The translations under genes were made by a program, and so were the position numbers. The notes beneath the pieces are model-generated. The model was given only the letters and a program-made list of their open reading frames with translations. It did no database searches and had not been told where the DNA came from. 64,000 nt of DNA from Pseudomonadota bacterium (lineage in GTDB: Bacteria > Bdellovibrionota_B > Oligoflexia > Oligoflexales > CAIMVM01), in assembly GCA_037142195.1 (NCBI GenBank), contig JBAXBA010000007.1, positions 10,232 through 74,231 of the forward strand, read 5' to 3'. Every line of letters begins with the position of its first letter. Positions within the stretch are counted from its first letter, which is position 1. Positions 1 through 8,537 of this stretch are shown one piece after another.

Positions 1-1534
1 GAACTTCCACCTTAGAAACAACCTTTTTGATAATATCAGCCTTTGCTCCCTCCCCTACTGTATTTAGCCCGCGCTTAAGAGCTGCCAGAAATTCCTCATA
101 ACCGGCCAAGTCTACCGGCATGGTGCGATCATCAAGGCTCCGCTCGATTTGGCCTAGTTCAGCGCGCAGCATGTCTTTTGTTTCTTCCAGCTTCTTCAAT
201 TGGTTAAAAATCGGCGTTGGGGATACGCCTTTAGGAATTGAAGCTAAATGCTCGGCGAGAGCCTCAGTTTGGGAATCAATTTGCGTCATTTTTGAAATCA
301 GTCGCTCCAAATCCTGCTCGTGGTCTATCTGTCCATGCAGGCGTTTGGCTTCGTCTACGATTCGCTTTGCGCGGAGGGGATCACTGAGTAGACCTACTAC
401 CTTTTCCCAGACCAATGGCTCAATAATGTTGGCGAGGACGCGGACAGGCCCGGTGCATTGGTACTTGGCATCATCATTTAACTCTGCACGCACAGCGGTC
501 CATCCGTGCGCGTAGTAGGGAATCTTAAGTTTTCGTCCGTGTGCCGATTTGCCTGGCATCCTGCCCCGGCAGGTACCACAAGCAACAAGTCCCGAAAGTA
601 GAAAGGGAAAGCGAGAATTCATCGCCGTTTTGTTACATCGATGATTTTTTTTGAGAAGAGCCTGTGCTTTATGAAAAGTATCCTCATCGATGATTGGGTC
701 CCAGCATGCTTTTGAGTTTTGCTCAACTCCATTAACACTAAACGTCCGAACTCCAATAAAAGTGGGATTAGTCAAAAGCCTATACATGTTGCCGACGGTA
801 AAATAGCCAAGGCGCGGACTAGAGCCGCCTGCTGCACGCTTCTTTGGAATAGGATACTTCTTTGCATTGAGTTTTTTGCCTGCAGCGGAGACGACTCCCT
901 CTTCAAGAAACGTTTTGAACATATCGCGAACAATAGCTGCTTCCTCTTCAACCACGAGCAGATAGCCCTTTTTATCAGAGTCTAATCTGTAGCCGAGTGG
1001 CACAGAACCACCATTGAATAGACCCCGCTCTGCTCTGGCTTGAAAGTTGGCTGATATACGTTCTGATGTTTGGCGGCGCTCAAACTGAGCAATGTTAGCG
1101 ATTGTGTACATCACCATTTCACCGGCAGCAGAAGTGGTGTCAAACTGCTCCCGGAGACTTAAGAATTCACAGCGATGCTCACGCATCAATTCCCACATGT
1201 CTGAGAAATCTTTGATAGAACGCGAAAGCCGCGATAACTCCGTCACCATAACAAGGGTGATTTCGCGGCTAATAATGGCCTTAAGTAATCGCTGTAACTC
1301 TGGTCGATTGGTGTCTTTACCAGATTTGGCGCGGTCAACAAAAACCTTTGAAACCTCGCCAAACGGTCTTTCATAATTCTTCAGGTCCACATGGGCGCGC
1401 AGCCGCTGTTCTTGGCTTTTGATCGACCCTTCCGGGTTACTTGCCTGTTCTTCAGTCGACACGCGAATATATATGCCGATCTTATGCAGCGGTTGTGTGT
1501 CTTTGATGGGTTTTGACTTAAGTAAAGATTTCAT
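1..1534 (-). CDS. Large serine recombinase (integrase), 3' end runs off window
   Basis: Manually translated: AAGGAG RBS, then MKSLLKSKP...KIGIYIRVSTEEQ (catalytic Ser), SGKDTNRPELQRL, TELSRLSRS, AQFERRQTSER, GGSVPLGY, zinc-ribbon LLSGLVACGTC. Absent from the ORF track, consistent with no stop before position 1. Confidence 0.93.
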   Translation of the reverse strand, partial: MKSLLKSKPIKDTQPLHKIGIYIRVSTEEQASNPEGSIKSQEQRLRAHVDLKNYERPFGEVSKVFVDRAKSGKDTNRPELQRLLKAIISREITLVMVTELSRLSRSIKDFSDMWELMREHRCEFLSLREQFDTTSAAGEMVMYTIANIAQFERRQTSERISANFQARAERGLFNGGSVPLGYRLDSDKKGYLLVVEEEAAIVRDMFKTFLEEGVVSAAGKKLNAKKYPIPKKRAAGGSSPRLGYFTVGNMYRLLTNPTFIGVRTFSVNGVEQNSKACWDPIIDEDTFHKAQALLKKNHRCNKTAMNSRFPFLLSGLVACGTCRGRMPGKSAHGRKLKIPYYAHGWTAVRAELNDDAKYQCTGPVRVLANIIEPLVWEKVVGLLSDPLRAKRIVDEAKRLHGQIDHEQDLERLISKMTQIDSQTEALAEHLASIPKGVSPTPIFNQLKKLEETKDMLRAELGQIERSLDDRTMPVDLAGYEEFLAALKRGLNTVGEGAKADIIKKVVSKVEV

Positions 1535-1788
1535 GTCGGAACTCCTTATAACAATTGTTGGAGTCCCGGCTGGGTGGAATGGGATAAATCCCTTTTATGA
1601 GAAGCGGTCTGGCAAAGAGAAGCATACAGAATTCGCGCGATATCTGCAAGCTGATGATCGCTTTCGGTTGGTTCAATGTGCTCAAGGACCGAGCGGATGT
1701 TAGAGATTTCCCAGCGCGGCATAAGTACTCCTTAAAAAAAGGGAATCTGCCCCGGGAAACCGGAGCAGACGCCCAAAGGCTCGGTACG

Positions 1789-2214
1789 TCAAGCGATAGC
1801 TTCGGGGCCGTTGGCAGTAGTCGCTACTTTTGCGGCGACTTTTGGTTTTGTTGTCCTTTTGGGATTCGGCGTTTTTTGAGGACCACCCTTTGCTAAGATT
1901 TCCGCCAGACTAACATTCTCTCCCCGCGCCTTCTTCAAGCGTAGTTCATGGATCGCGTCTTTCAAAAACCGTTCTTCATCATAAAATTGCTCCGCGATTG
2001 TCTTGATGTCAGCGCTTGGCAATTCGTTGGGATAAGAGCTGATGAGCCATTCAATCATATTGTTTCTGGTTAGCCGGACACCGCGATGTCTATCCGTGAT
2101 GTGCTTCATCCATGCATCTAGTTTTGAAATAAGCTCAGGAGGCAGCGTTACACGATCCGGATGTCGAATCTTTGACTTTTCTTGCGGGTGCTTTTCCATT
2201 AGTTGGTCGTCCAT
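1789..2214 (-). CDS. Hypothetical ICE protein (possible small DNA-binding/accessory protein)
   Basis: 141 aa ORF overlapping the upstream lipoprotein gene, basic C-terminus, directly upstream of the recombinase. Confidence 0.6.
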   Translation of the reverse strand: MDDQLMEKHPQEKSKIRHPDRVTLPPELISKLDAWMKHITDRHRGVRLTRNNMIEWLISSYPNELPSADIKTIAEQFYDEERFLKDAIHELRLKKARGENVSLAEILAKGGPQKTPNPKRTTKPKVAAKVATTANGPEAIA

Positions 2215-2594
2215 TTTCCAGTGTCCTCAATAATAAATATTCTGTGTCCTTGGATGTAACGGTCACCTTCAATTTTGTCAGGCACCCAAATAGACCTGTA
2301 GCGTGGCTCAGAAATCTTTGGATCTTTTGGCTTTTCGGTTCCGTTGGTGGTCGCTTGTCGCAATCCTTCTTTTTGTTGGTAGTCCTTGTGTCCTAGATAG
2401 CCGAATGCTGCACCGAGGCCGGCACCAATGACGGCGCCAATCGCAGTTCCTCTAGGACTGTGCTCCGTCGAGAGATTTCCCATGCTGCCGCCAGCTGCAG
2501 CTCCCATACTCGCCCCAAGGAGCATGCTATCTCTAGCGGTAGCGCAACCTACGAAGAGGAATGGAATGATAATGAGTGATATAAATAATTTCAT
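2199..2594 (-). CDS. Glycine-zipper lipoprotein with TraV/VirB7-like C-terminus
   Basis: Lipobox FVGC, Gly-zipper GASMGAAAGG/GAVIGAGLGAAFG, C-terminal PRYRSIWVPDKIEGDRYIQGH resembling the TraV motif. Confidence 0.6.
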   Translation of the reverse strand: MKLFISLIIIPFLFVGCATARDSMLLGASMGAAAGGSMGNLSTEHSPRGTAIGAVIGAGLGAAFGYLGHKDYQQKEGLRQATTNGTEKPKDPKISEPRYRSIWVPDKIEGDRYIQGHRIFIIEDTGKWTTN

Positions 2595-2688
2595 ATAAGG
2601 TCCTTAAAGTGGAATGATGAATGGAGTCGTGTTTGGAATGGGCTCCGTATAGGAGCCTATCGGGAATTGAGTCGATTTCGCAGGGGCG

Positions 2689-3579
2689 TTAAAGCGCGAT
2701 TCTCGCTTGGCTTTTTCGTGCATCCAACAGATGCTGGGTCGTCAACGTAGATGAGCTGTTGACCGGCGGTTGACTACCCTCCCGATGCATTAAAAGATGC
2801 AGTGTATCCCGAATGGATTTTCCTGATTCAGGGCCAGTACAAAACTTTGCAGACCAACCATGCTTAGTGAATTGATCCGCGGATACGAAATTGTGGATAT
2901 CGCCGCGATAGGAAACCAACTTCGTGATCTGCTTTTGGATCGATCGCGCTTGCGATTCGAGTTCTACAAGCCAAAGGACCCTAAAAACTGTTTGTTCTTC
3001 GCTGTAGTAATCACCAACTGTTTGATAAAATGCCGAGGCTTTCTGGTTCAGCTCTACTTCTACACCCACAGGAAAAATCTTTTCATTGCTAGGAATTCCC
3101 CAGTAACCATCGGGGCGGTGTATTTCTGGACTCGGCACCCATGATGGCAGTGATTCTGTCGCGTATCGACGCAGTTGCTGTTCTGAAAACAATTGAACGT
3201 TTTCGGGACGATCAATCAGCCACTCGCCGAGATGGAATGCGCTGACAAGTCCGTCGTGACGGGTATGTTCCGAGCCAAAGCCTTCTTCGCGCAAGGCAGG
3301 AAGAAATGATCGGATAGCCTCGAAACCTTTTTTTGAAAGGGTCCAATGAAAATTTTGTGCCCTTTCGTCCGATACGCCTTTAATAATTCCTGCTCGCTCT
3401 AACCGATTCAGCCGATGATAGGCTACCACGAGCGAAGTCTTAGGGAAGAACTTCAAGTGCAGAGCCCGTGTCGTGACTACTTTCCAACGCCAGAGAAAAC
3501 CAAGCAAAGGAATATCCCGCTCACTTGATAGTTTCACTTTAATCTTTTGCTTCATTTCGGACACCTCACGCCATTTCAA
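2689..3579 (-). CDS. Replication-relaxation (Replic_Relax / MOBC-like) relaxase
   Basis: N-terminal wHTH-like LSSERD..LL..LWRWKVVT; RPD-x16-EVEL-x2-K-x4-Y matches the MOBC D..ExExxxK signature; lies directly downstream of the coupling ATPase. Confidence 0.75.
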   Translation of the reverse strand: MKWREVSEMKQKIKVKLSSERDIPLLGFLWRWKVVTTRALHLKFFPKTSLVVAYHRLNRLERAGIIKGVSDERAQNFHWTLSKKGFEAIRSFLPALREEGFGSEHTRHDGLVSAFHLGEWLIDRPENVQLFSEQQLRRYATESLPSWVPSPEIHRPDGYWGIPSNEKIFPVGVEVELNQKASAFYQTVGDYYSEEQTVFRVLWLVELESQARSIQKQITKLVSYRGDIHNFVSADQFTKHGWSAKFCTGPESGKSIRDTLHLLMHREGSQPPVNSSSTLTTQHLLDARKSQARIAL

Positions 3580-5035
3580 AAGGAGACGATTCTGGAATTG
3601 AATCCTCTTGGTGCATATCAGTGGATTCTTCGCTATGAGTTTTAGAAAGGGAGTCGACGGATTTTCTCAAGGGTGCAAGCAGTGCCTCAGAGGTTTCGAT
3701 CGTTAGGAAAGGTGTTTGAACTTCAGTCATTTCAATTCCCGATTTCCAAAGGGCACGCCCTGGAATGACTGGAAGATCGGTGGCTCTGCCATTTCCCAGA
3801 ACTGTCATGCTTGAGGCATCGTTTGACATAGGAAAACAAAGCACTCCAGTTAAGTTGGCCTTGATCTGCGGATCAAGGGCTCGTACATCAGGCCTCTGTG
3901 TTGCAATTATTAGATGAACCCCAACTGCGCGTCCTTGCCTTGCAACTTGGCTCATAATGCGTCTAGCTTTTTGAATTTCCGTTGCTGATGCATGGCTACC
4001 CGCAAGAAACATTTCGGTCGCCTCATCAATGACAAGGAGCATCCTATTTAGAGACTTAGGCTTCATTTCCTGGGCGTTGGTCCCAGTCTTTTTTGTTGCA
4101 AGTGCATCGATGTCTTTGACCTTGTTCTCTTTCAGAATACCCATTCGGTCGTTCATCATTTTTTCAACTCGCTTAAGATCATTGATTGCCGAGGCAACAC
4201 TAGGGACGACTTTGACTCTTTCCAAGTTTTCAAAAAGCTGGAACTCCAGACCACCTTTAAGATCGATCAGAATAAAATCCATCTTTTCATTCTTGAGATA
4301 TAGCGTTGTAATCATCTGTCTTAGAAAGGTTGATTTACCGCCACCGGTTTGACCAGCGACTAATAAGTGTGGCGTATCGCGAAGGTTTCCTTTGATATCC
4401 TTTGATCTTGTTTTCCCGATTCGAAATTGAATACCTCTAAGGCCGTTAATACCAGCCCATTCGACCGAGGAAGGCATAGGAAACTTAGAGTAGATGATAT
4501 CAAAGCAACCTTGCCCTCGATCTTCTTTGATTTCGTCGATATACACTTGAAGCCCCGTCTCAAGAGCTGGCTTTGCGGCTTCAAAGTCTTTCTTTGGGAA
4601 ATTGGCGCTAGTGATACGTAACTTGCGCGTATTCACATCGATTGGGAAGTCTCTAAGAATCCGTGGTGTTCTACCAAGTCGATTCTTAAGACCCGATGTC
4701 AGCAAAGCTGTTTCGAGCTTTCGCTCAAATTGATTGAATAGTGTGGCTCGATATGTCGCCCAAGCGACAAATCCAAACGAGATCGCACCAATCGAATAGA
4801 TGGAAAAGAGAATGGTTCCTCGTGGGTAGAAGAATTCTATTCCCATCCGATGGAACATAAAGCTGTCCCAGCGAAACAGAATAAGCAGCGCCGCCAATAG
4901 CCCAACAAACCCGCATGCTGCCCACGGAATGGAATTGCTACGAAAACCAAACCACAGTTCGCGAACTGGCCGCAGCATCAGTCGAGCATTGGTTAGTGCG
5001 GCTTGGAGCCTGTCAGGTTGAAACTTGCTAGACAT
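3566..5035 (-). CDS. FtsK/SpoIIIE-family ATPase with two N-terminal TM helices (TcpA-like coupling protein)
   Basis: PHLLVAGQTGGGKS Walker A, LLVIDEA Walker B, GRAVGVHLIIATQRPD FtsK motif. Confidence 0.88.
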   Translation of the reverse strand: MSSKFQPDRLQAALTNARLMLRPVRELWFGFRSNSIPWAACGFVGLLAALLILFRWDSFMFHRMGIEFFYPRGTILFSIYSIGAISFGFVAWATYRATLFNQFERKLETALLTSGLKNRLGRTPRILRDFPIDVNTRKLRITSANFPKKDFEAAKPALETGLQVYIDEIKEDRGQGCFDIIYSKFPMPSSVEWAGINGLRGIQFRIGKTRSKDIKGNLRDTPHLLVAGQTGGGKSTFLRQMITTLYLKNEKMDFILIDLKGGLEFQLFENLERVKVVPSVASAINDLKRVEKMMNDRMGILKENKVKDIDALATKKTGTNAQEMKPKSLNRMLLVIDEATEMFLAGSHASATEIQKARRIMSQVARQGRAVGVHLIIATQRPDVRALDPQIKANLTGVLCFPMSNDASSMTVLGNGRATDLPVIPGRALWKSGIEMTEVQTPFLTIETSEALLAPLRKSVDSLSKTHSEESTDMHQEDSIPESSPFEMA

Positions 5036-5919
5036 CAGCCGCCTTCCTTTCCGAACAGCACATAGAACGATGTTCCCTCGGGGACTTCGATAACGGGTTT
5101 TTCGTTTTTCAGGGACGACATCATCTCGCGGGATTGATCCAATGCAGCACGATTTGTGCCATTTAACATCGCGTTTCGCACTGTGGACTTGTTCACCACT
5201 GCTGGACCCTGAACTTCCTTTTCCTGAAGACCTTCAGACAATCCGGAAATGAAGTTGAGACCAATGCTTCCCCCAAGGCGTAAGGCATACTGACCTGCCT
5301 TTGATCCCTTTAAGCCTGGAGTTTTATCGCTGCTGTCAGCGGCGTCTGCCTGAATTGCAGCCATTGATCCATCTTTAAAGACGACCTTGTCGAATCGGAT
5401 GAAAAGCCTTTCCTCAGATGATTGTCCTGTACCGAGCAATACTGCTTCTGGCTCGATAAGTTCTTCGCCATTAACGACAAGGCCATCAGTAAGAATTGCT
5501 TTGACAGGCCCGTTGGAAGCGCCAATTGCTAAGGAGGCCATCGCCAAAGCTCCCGGAGTGATAGAAATGTCTCGCGGGCGTTTTAAAAGCTTGGGGCCAT
5601 TTAGCTTCAATGGCATTCCTTGTGTCCTCAACTTAGGCAGTTGATCCACGTCCTGAGAACCAGAAAGGGCGTCATAAATAGGTAGATTCAAACCGCTACT
5701 ATCATCAGAAGGAGTAAAGTCATTTGGCAAAGCTACCGCTTTTGTAGCCTCTGATGACTCCTCAGGAGGTCCTCCGACAATAACAGCCACGGCAACAATC
5801 CCTAGTACAATGGCAACGATGAGACCGAACTTTCTGGTGCGCGCGAATTCCATGAGACGATCTGACCGACTTTGCAGCCGGTCCTTTAGAATTCTTGGAG
5901 TGTCAGTGTTTTTTTCCAC
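5035..5919 (-). CDS. VirB10/TrbI-like T4SS core protein
   Basis: TM anchor followed by a TrbI-like beta domain (RLFIRFDKVVF, GLKG, PVIEVPEGTSFYVLF); probable start GTG 5919 after GGGAGG, not 6051. Confidence 0.8.
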   Translation of the reverse strand: MEKNTDTPRILKDRLQSRSDRLMEFARTRKFGLIVAIVLGIVAVAVIVGGPPEESSEATKAVALPNDFTPSDDSSGLNLPIYDALSGSQDVDQLPKLRTQGMPLKLNGPKLLKRPRDISITPGALAMASLAIGASNGPVKAILTDGLVVNGEELIEPEAVLLGTGQSSEERLFIRFDKVVFKDGSMAAIQADAADSSDKTPGLKGSKAGQYALRLGGSIGLNFISGLSEGLQEKEVQGPAVVNKSTVRNAMLNGTNRAALDQSREMMSSLKNEKPVIEVPEGTSFYVLFGKEGG

Positions 5920-6295
5920 GTGCGGTTCCTCCCTGTGGTGCTTCGATGGCATCGCGCACAACGACGATGCTTTGGCCCCCCGATTCTGTTGCCCGGAGAT
6001 CAAAGGTGAATCGACGCCCAAGCATGTAGACAAAAAGATTTGATCTGGCATTTGTTTTTAGAGGTGAAATCGCCAGGTCATTTTCGACGTACTCAATTCC
6101 AAAAGATCCGGTGTTGCCTAAAATTACTTTGGTCGCCTTGGTCGGGAGGCTTAAGACAGTGCCTCTAATCAGAACGGGAATCGCGGCAACCTGAGTATCT
6201 TTCAGATAAACCGTTTTCACTTCCTGACCGTAGGCGTTACAACTAGCTATCAAAACAACAAACAGCACGTTAGTCCCTAGGTTTGCAATTTTCAT
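5903..6295 (-). CDS. Short VirB9/TrbG-like protein
   Basis: Signal peptide, GTVLSLP..VILG...NDLAISP...SNLFV..GRRFTFDL; position between VirB8-like and VirB10-like genes. Confidence 0.65.
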   Translation of the reverse strand: MKIANLGTNVLFVVLIASCNAYGQEVKTVYLKDTQVAAIPVLIRGTVLSLPTKATKVILGNTGSFGIEYVENDLAISPLKTNARSNLFVYMLGRRFTFDLRATESGGQSIVVVRDAIEAPQGGTARGKKH

Positions 6296-6831
6296 TTGCC
6301 AATTTCCTTTCTATCGACGTTGTCAACTTTGCTAAGGAGGAGGCCGTAGGGGTTATCTTCGGTGCGTGTGGTGCGAGACACTAAAACCTCAAGTATGATG
6401 GGAAATGCTGATCTAATCTTATCGATGGATACTAGTCGATCAGCATCTACTCGAATGGCATCACCCTTGATGGTTACGGAGTTAACGACCAGTTTTTGAC
6501 CCATTCCCTTCTTTCTAAGGTCTTCCATTTCGATAGCGCGGGCTTTTAACTGTGGTAACGATAGATAGGCTGATTTTGCATCAATGCCTGTGCCAAAACG
6601 CTGAGGAAGCACTTCCTCGACAAAACCTTTAATCTCAACATCTGTGACATTGACCGACACCTTTTTGGCAGATTTGGAAATGCATCCTCGTTCGATGACA
6701 AGGGGATCTTTAAGAGCAAGTTTGGCGACTATGGTCGCAGTCGTGACTAACGAAATCGACAGCGCGCCAATTACAAACTTTAAGGTTACGTTTTGGGCTG
6801 CGATATCGGCCCATGCAGTTGGAAATCTCAT
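6292..6831 (-). CDS. VirB8/TraE-like protein
   Basis: Single N-terminal TM helix, C-terminal RTEDNPYGLLL motif typical of the VirB8 family. Confidence 0.7.
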   Translation of the reverse strand: MRFPTAWADIAAQNVTLKFVIGALSISLVTTATIVAKLALKDPLVIERGCISKSAKKVSVNVTDVEIKGFVEEVLPQRFGTGIDAKSAYLSLPQLKARAIEMEDLRKKGMGQKLVVNSVTIKGDAIRVDADRLVSIDKIRSAFPIILEVLVSRTTRTEDNPYGLLLSKVDNVDRKEIGK

Positions 6832-6832
6832 A

Positions 6833-7819
6833 TTACTTTTCCTTCCAGGAAATTTTTAAACCAGAGTCGGTATTCTTGTGCTTGCGATTCTTTAAAGGAG
6901 AGCGCACGACACCGCTGCTGTAGTTCTTTGCTTCTTCCCGTTTTGCCTCAAAATGCGCCCGCGCCCGAGCGATAGGCATGGTTGTGATGCGGCGCGCGCC
7001 AGTAATTAAAGTCTGAGCTGGAGCCGTCGCTAAAGCGGAAAGGCTTGCTGGACCAGCAGCGCTCGCAATAAGAGCGGTACCCGCGCCGCCACTTAAAGTT
7101 CCTGCGAGTCCGGCGACACCCTTATTGATAAGAGCACGTACTACCAATGGTGTGAAAATAACTGACAGTGACAGCATGATAGTATAGGTGAGTATTGTGA
7201 TGAAATTAGTTTGCTCGTTTACGTTTTCAAAATTGTGGATTGCCGAACTCCACAGGAGTGTGCCGAGGACAGACCATACGATTTTCCAGCCGGAAATCTC
7301 AAAAATGGAACGAAATAGGGCGGATGTAGCCGCCGCAGTTTGGGGCAAAATGAAGAACGCAATCAATAGTGGCGAAAAGACATAGAGGACCACCCATGCG
7401 TAGGCAATGGCAGCATCGAAAAAATAGACCGTGACATGAAGGATATAGAAGGCCAGGTACGAAATGACGAAAATAAATGAATCCCCAATTGAGGCCCAGG
7501 ACCACGAAAGAGATTTAAGAGCTGCACCGGCTTTGCCCAAGACTAGTTTGTAGGAATTGAGATCTCCGATGCGATTTGCAAGAGCATCAGCAACATCCGC
7601 TACGGCGTTGGCAATTTCTGGATAGCTGATGAGCAGTACCGCTGCAATGAGAGTCCTACCCACCAATTGTGAGAATCCAGGCATCCCTCCAAGGGGAATC
7701 TTGAAATACTCGATCACAACTCCGATCAGCAAAAACACAACTGCCAGAGAGAAGAAAATCGATACAAAAATACTGTGAATATTTTGTGCCTCTTGAGTGA
7801 CCCATGCGTAGTCCATCAT
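6833..7819 (-). CDS. VirB6/TrbL-like polytopic membrane protein
   Basis: About 6 hydrophobic segments, SPLLIAFFILP motif, Gly/Ala-rich tail; synteny. Confidence 0.75.
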   Translation of the reverse strand: MMDYAWVTQEAQNIHSIFVSIFFSLAVVFLLIGVVIEYFKIPLGGMPGFSQLVGRTLIAAVLLISYPEIANAVADVADALANRIGDLNSYKLVLGKAGAALKSLSWSWASIGDSFIFVISYLAFYILHVTVYFFDAAIAYAWVVLYVFSPLLIAFFILPQTAAATSALFRSIFEISGWKIVWSVLGTLLWSSAIHNFENVNEQTNFITILTYTIMLSLSVIFTPLVVRALINKGVAGLAGTLSGGAGTALIASAAGPASLSALATAPAQTLITGARRITTMPIARARAHFEAKREEAKNYSSGVVRSPLKNRKHKNTDSGLKISWKEK

Positions 7820-7821
7820 AG

Positions 7822-8526
7822 TTAGAGCCTCGGAAATTTGAATTCGGGTCGCATAGAGGTCATCGCTGCGTTGAGTTTGTCCGATGTGCTGCGAACCTGA
7901 TCACTATAGACTTTGTCTTTCCGGTTTTGAATTGCCATGGATTGCGCTTGAAGCTTAAGGCCGGTTGCTTGAGCACGAAGAGACTGATTCATCACATGAA
8001 GCATGATGCCTAAAGATTGAGCTGTGATCTTTTGCGCTCCCTTTGGAGATGCAACGTTGCTATTGCGCTTGATTTTCTCGCCAATTTGATCGATTTCTCG
8101 CGCGTAACCGTAGATCGAATTGTTGAGAGAAATCGCCTCTGCGGCAGTCTGATCGGCGTCTTGTTGAACTTTAAGTTCTGACGAGTCCACTGAGTTTCCA
8201 TAGACATTCTTCACATACCTAAGGGCATCTTGGGCGCGAAGCAGCTCGCGGTACAAACCAGGGTCAAGGGCAGCACCTACGGAATTAACGAGACCAAGGG
8301 CGTCGTTTAAACCACGGTTTACATCCTGCATAAGGCTAAGTGTGTCCTGTCCCGTAGAAAGAAGTTGCCTCAATTGTAGAAGTTGCTGAATGGCATTCGC
8401 AAGGATCTGAGTTAGCACAACGACATCGCCGCCAAAAACATCAGCTCGGGATGTTTTTGGCGCTATCATCAGAGAGCAGGCAACGATCCCTGATATTACC
8501 CTACTTTTGACGTTCCTAGATTTCAT
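7822..8526 (-). CDS. VirB5/TrbJ-like secreted helical protein
   Basis: Signal peptide, ADVFGGDVVVL..ILANAIQQL, Gln-rich helices; located between VirB4 and VirB6. Confidence 0.65.
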   Translation of the reverse strand: MKSRNVKSRVISGIVACSLMIAPKTSRADVFGGDVVVLTQILANAIQQLLQLRQLLSTGQDTLSLMQDVNRGLNDALGLVNSVGAALDPGLYRELLRAQDALRYVKNVYGNSVDSSELKVQQDADQTAAEAISLNNSIYGYAREIDQIGEKIKRNSNVASPKGAQKITAQSLGIMLHVMNQSLRAQATGLKLQAQSMAIQNRKDKVYSDQVRSTSDKLNAAMTSMRPEFKFPRL

Positions 8527-8537
8527 AGTTTTCCCCT

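Noticed and set aside
120..1896. Plus-strand ORFs in the track (120-515, 719-985, 1092-1376, 1419-1703, 1597-1896)
   Set aside because: Mostly antisense shadows of the minus-strand recombinase and its neighbour; no recognisable motifs
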